A stretch of DNA of 64,000 nt from a virus, in IMG/VR virus record IMGVR_UViG_3300032265_001314, positions 27,272 to 91,271 of that record; one strand, 5' to 3'. Made by a program: the position numbers and the translations under genes. Below the pieces are notes generated by a model. The model was not told the origin of the DNA. It searched no databases and worked only from the letters and a program-made list of their open reading frames with translations. Position 1 is the first letter of the stretch; the number at the start of each line of letters is the position of its first letter. Below, in pieces: positions 62,582-64,000 of the stretch.

Positions 62582-62657
62582 GCCCTTATAGCTCAGTTGG
62601 TAGAGCACCTGTTTTGTAATCAGGATGTCCGGAGTTCGATTCTTCGTGGGGGCACCA
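62582..62657 (+). tRNA. tRNA-Thr(UGU)
   Basis: GCCCTTA/TGGGGGC ACCA; TT-TGT-AA loop; GTTCGATTC. Confidence 0.93.
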
Positions 62658-64000
62658 TATGCGGTTGACAGCGCCCTAGAAGGTGCTATTATAAGACATA
62701 AGATGCAAACAGAGGAGAGAACGATGCGGTTCCAGGGAACATTTTGCTTTGCGGTTGGTTTGATGCTCGCGGTCGTGGGTGTAGCAGCTGTGGATCAGAG
62801 CCTCACAGATGATGGTCTGATCACAGGGTTCTTGATCAGCTTGCTGGGCTGTGGTGTGCTAGGTTGCGGTGTGCTGATGCTGAAGCGAGAGGAAGCCTAC
62901 TACGGTTGACACTAGGTCTAGGTGTGCTATTATACATTATAGGCAATGAGGAGCAGCACATGGGCATCGTAACGAACGCTAAGAAGCTGAACGCTAACAT
63001 CGCAGAGATGATTGAAGCTTACATTGCCGCGAAGGGTGTTACTAGGGCAGAAGACGTTGCGACTGCTAAGGGCACGAAGCTGCCCAAGACGAAACATGCG
63101 GGCAAGGCGAACTACGGTATGAGGACGAGGCGCTATGCCTAGGTTGACGTATCCTTAGCAGGTGTTATTATAACACTATAAGCAATGAGGAGCAACACTA
63201 TGTCGCAAGTCACAATCGTCGCGCAAGTCGTCCAGCCCTGCACCTATAGCTATCGCCAGCGCTGTCCTAACACCAAGCGCATCCTAACCCACACCCGCAC
63301 CTACCAGCAGCGTGTCGCAATCTTGCAACAGGACAGCCAGCGTGTCGTCATCCAGGACTTCCAATCCTCTAAGTTCCGCAGCCAAAAAGCCCTGCAATCT
63401 CTGTTTCCAATAGCGTTGCACTACGCCAAAATGGGTGTCGCAGGGTATAGCGTCCAAATGTAACAGACCTAGCAAGGTTGACAGCCCTACAGCAGATGCT
63501 ATTATACATGTATAGGCAATGAGGAGCAGACGATGTATAACGCAATGACAGACACAGGCATCCGCAAAGCCCTTAAGGTGCTCCGCGCAAACCTTGATGC
63601 ATCATTTGCTACCCGTGAAGAACAAGCCGAAGCCTTGGAGTGCATACGCTCCATGATCGATGGTATGATCGACGAGCTGATCCGCAGGAACACGGACCCC
63701 TACACCACAGCCGCTGACCCGCGCTTTTGAACTGCAGGATGAGGACGAACTAGCCTACACAGGTGCTTGACGTGCTCTGCAGGTGTGCTATTATAAGACA
63801 TAAGATGAGGAGCAGGCTATGACATTTGAACCCGAAGCAGTAGCAGAGTTCCTTGCCCGTATCGCAAAGAAAGGTCAAGCAGATGAACTTCACGACAATG
63901 GTATCAGCGGCAGTGGGACTGCTAGTGATCGCAGCGGGCCTGAGCTTCTTGCTCAGCTGGCCTGTGATGCAGCTGTGGAACAGCTGCCTAGTGCCAGCGG

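Larger units (their letters stand above)
44101..63800 (+). promoter_or_regulatory. array of about 25 sigma70-type early promoter/leader cassettes
   Basis: TTGAC[AGT]-N16/17-(GC)TATTAT plus an AC-rich leader and GGAG, with -35 at 44101, 44380, 45260, 46076, 47143, 48008, 49169, 49855, 50418, 50942, 51942, 52788, 53453, 54952, 59701, 59951, 60700, 61618, 61951, 62156, 62665, 62906, 63144, 63478, 63767. Confidence 0.9.

Noticed and set aside
852-63693. Many opposite-strand or alternate-frame ORFs in the track (e.g. 1196..1498, 10761..11096, 45034..45522, 61094..61510, 61532..62035)
   Set aside because: They are shadows of better-supported genes, tRNAs or promoters, with no RBS or recognisable motifs.
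44101-63800. Repeats with unique intervening DNA as a CRISPR array
   Set aside because: The repeats are degenerate promoters separated by 200-1500 nt coding genes, and there are no cas genes.

Overview
This window is a gene-dense segment of a large lytic tailed phage (jumbo/T4-like organisation). It contains no rRNA, integrase or CRISPR. The host is probably an alphaproteobacterium; this is an inference from TTGACA-N16/17-(GC)TATTAT promoters, a Rhizobiales-like lytic transglycosylase and a CHASE2 cyclase. Positions 1-40.9 kb are AT-richer and mostly on the minus strand. They carry a RimK-like ligase and an envelope/signalling cassette (CsgF, CsgG, two curlin-like proteins, FecR, a CHASE2 adenylate cyclase, an LpxH-like phosphoesterase and a GT4). 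They also carry a YhhQ transporter, an MBD4-like glycosylase, an RNA-repair set (Rnl1 ligase, kinase, 3'-phosphatase, phosphoesterases), an S8 protease, TilS, two radical SAM enzymes, an ART-like protein, parvulin and two tRNAs. Positions 40.9-64 kb are GC-richer and on the plus strand. They hold a putative endonuclease plus DNA methyltransferase, then a long array of small early genes each behind a near-identical sigma70 promoter/leader cassette (including ArfA, HNH, deaminase, AAA ATPase and SLT), and three more tRNAs. The strongest unexplained signal is an 11-mer, AGACCCCGCTG, found 12 times and always on the + strand regardless of transcription direction. Other open observations are the late-promoter-linked curli/FecR/CHASE2 module, stop codons embedded in -35 boxes, two or three structured ncRNA candidates, and a large F-x-L-[RK]-W small-protein family. 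All protein assignments come from motif recognition by eye, not from database searches.
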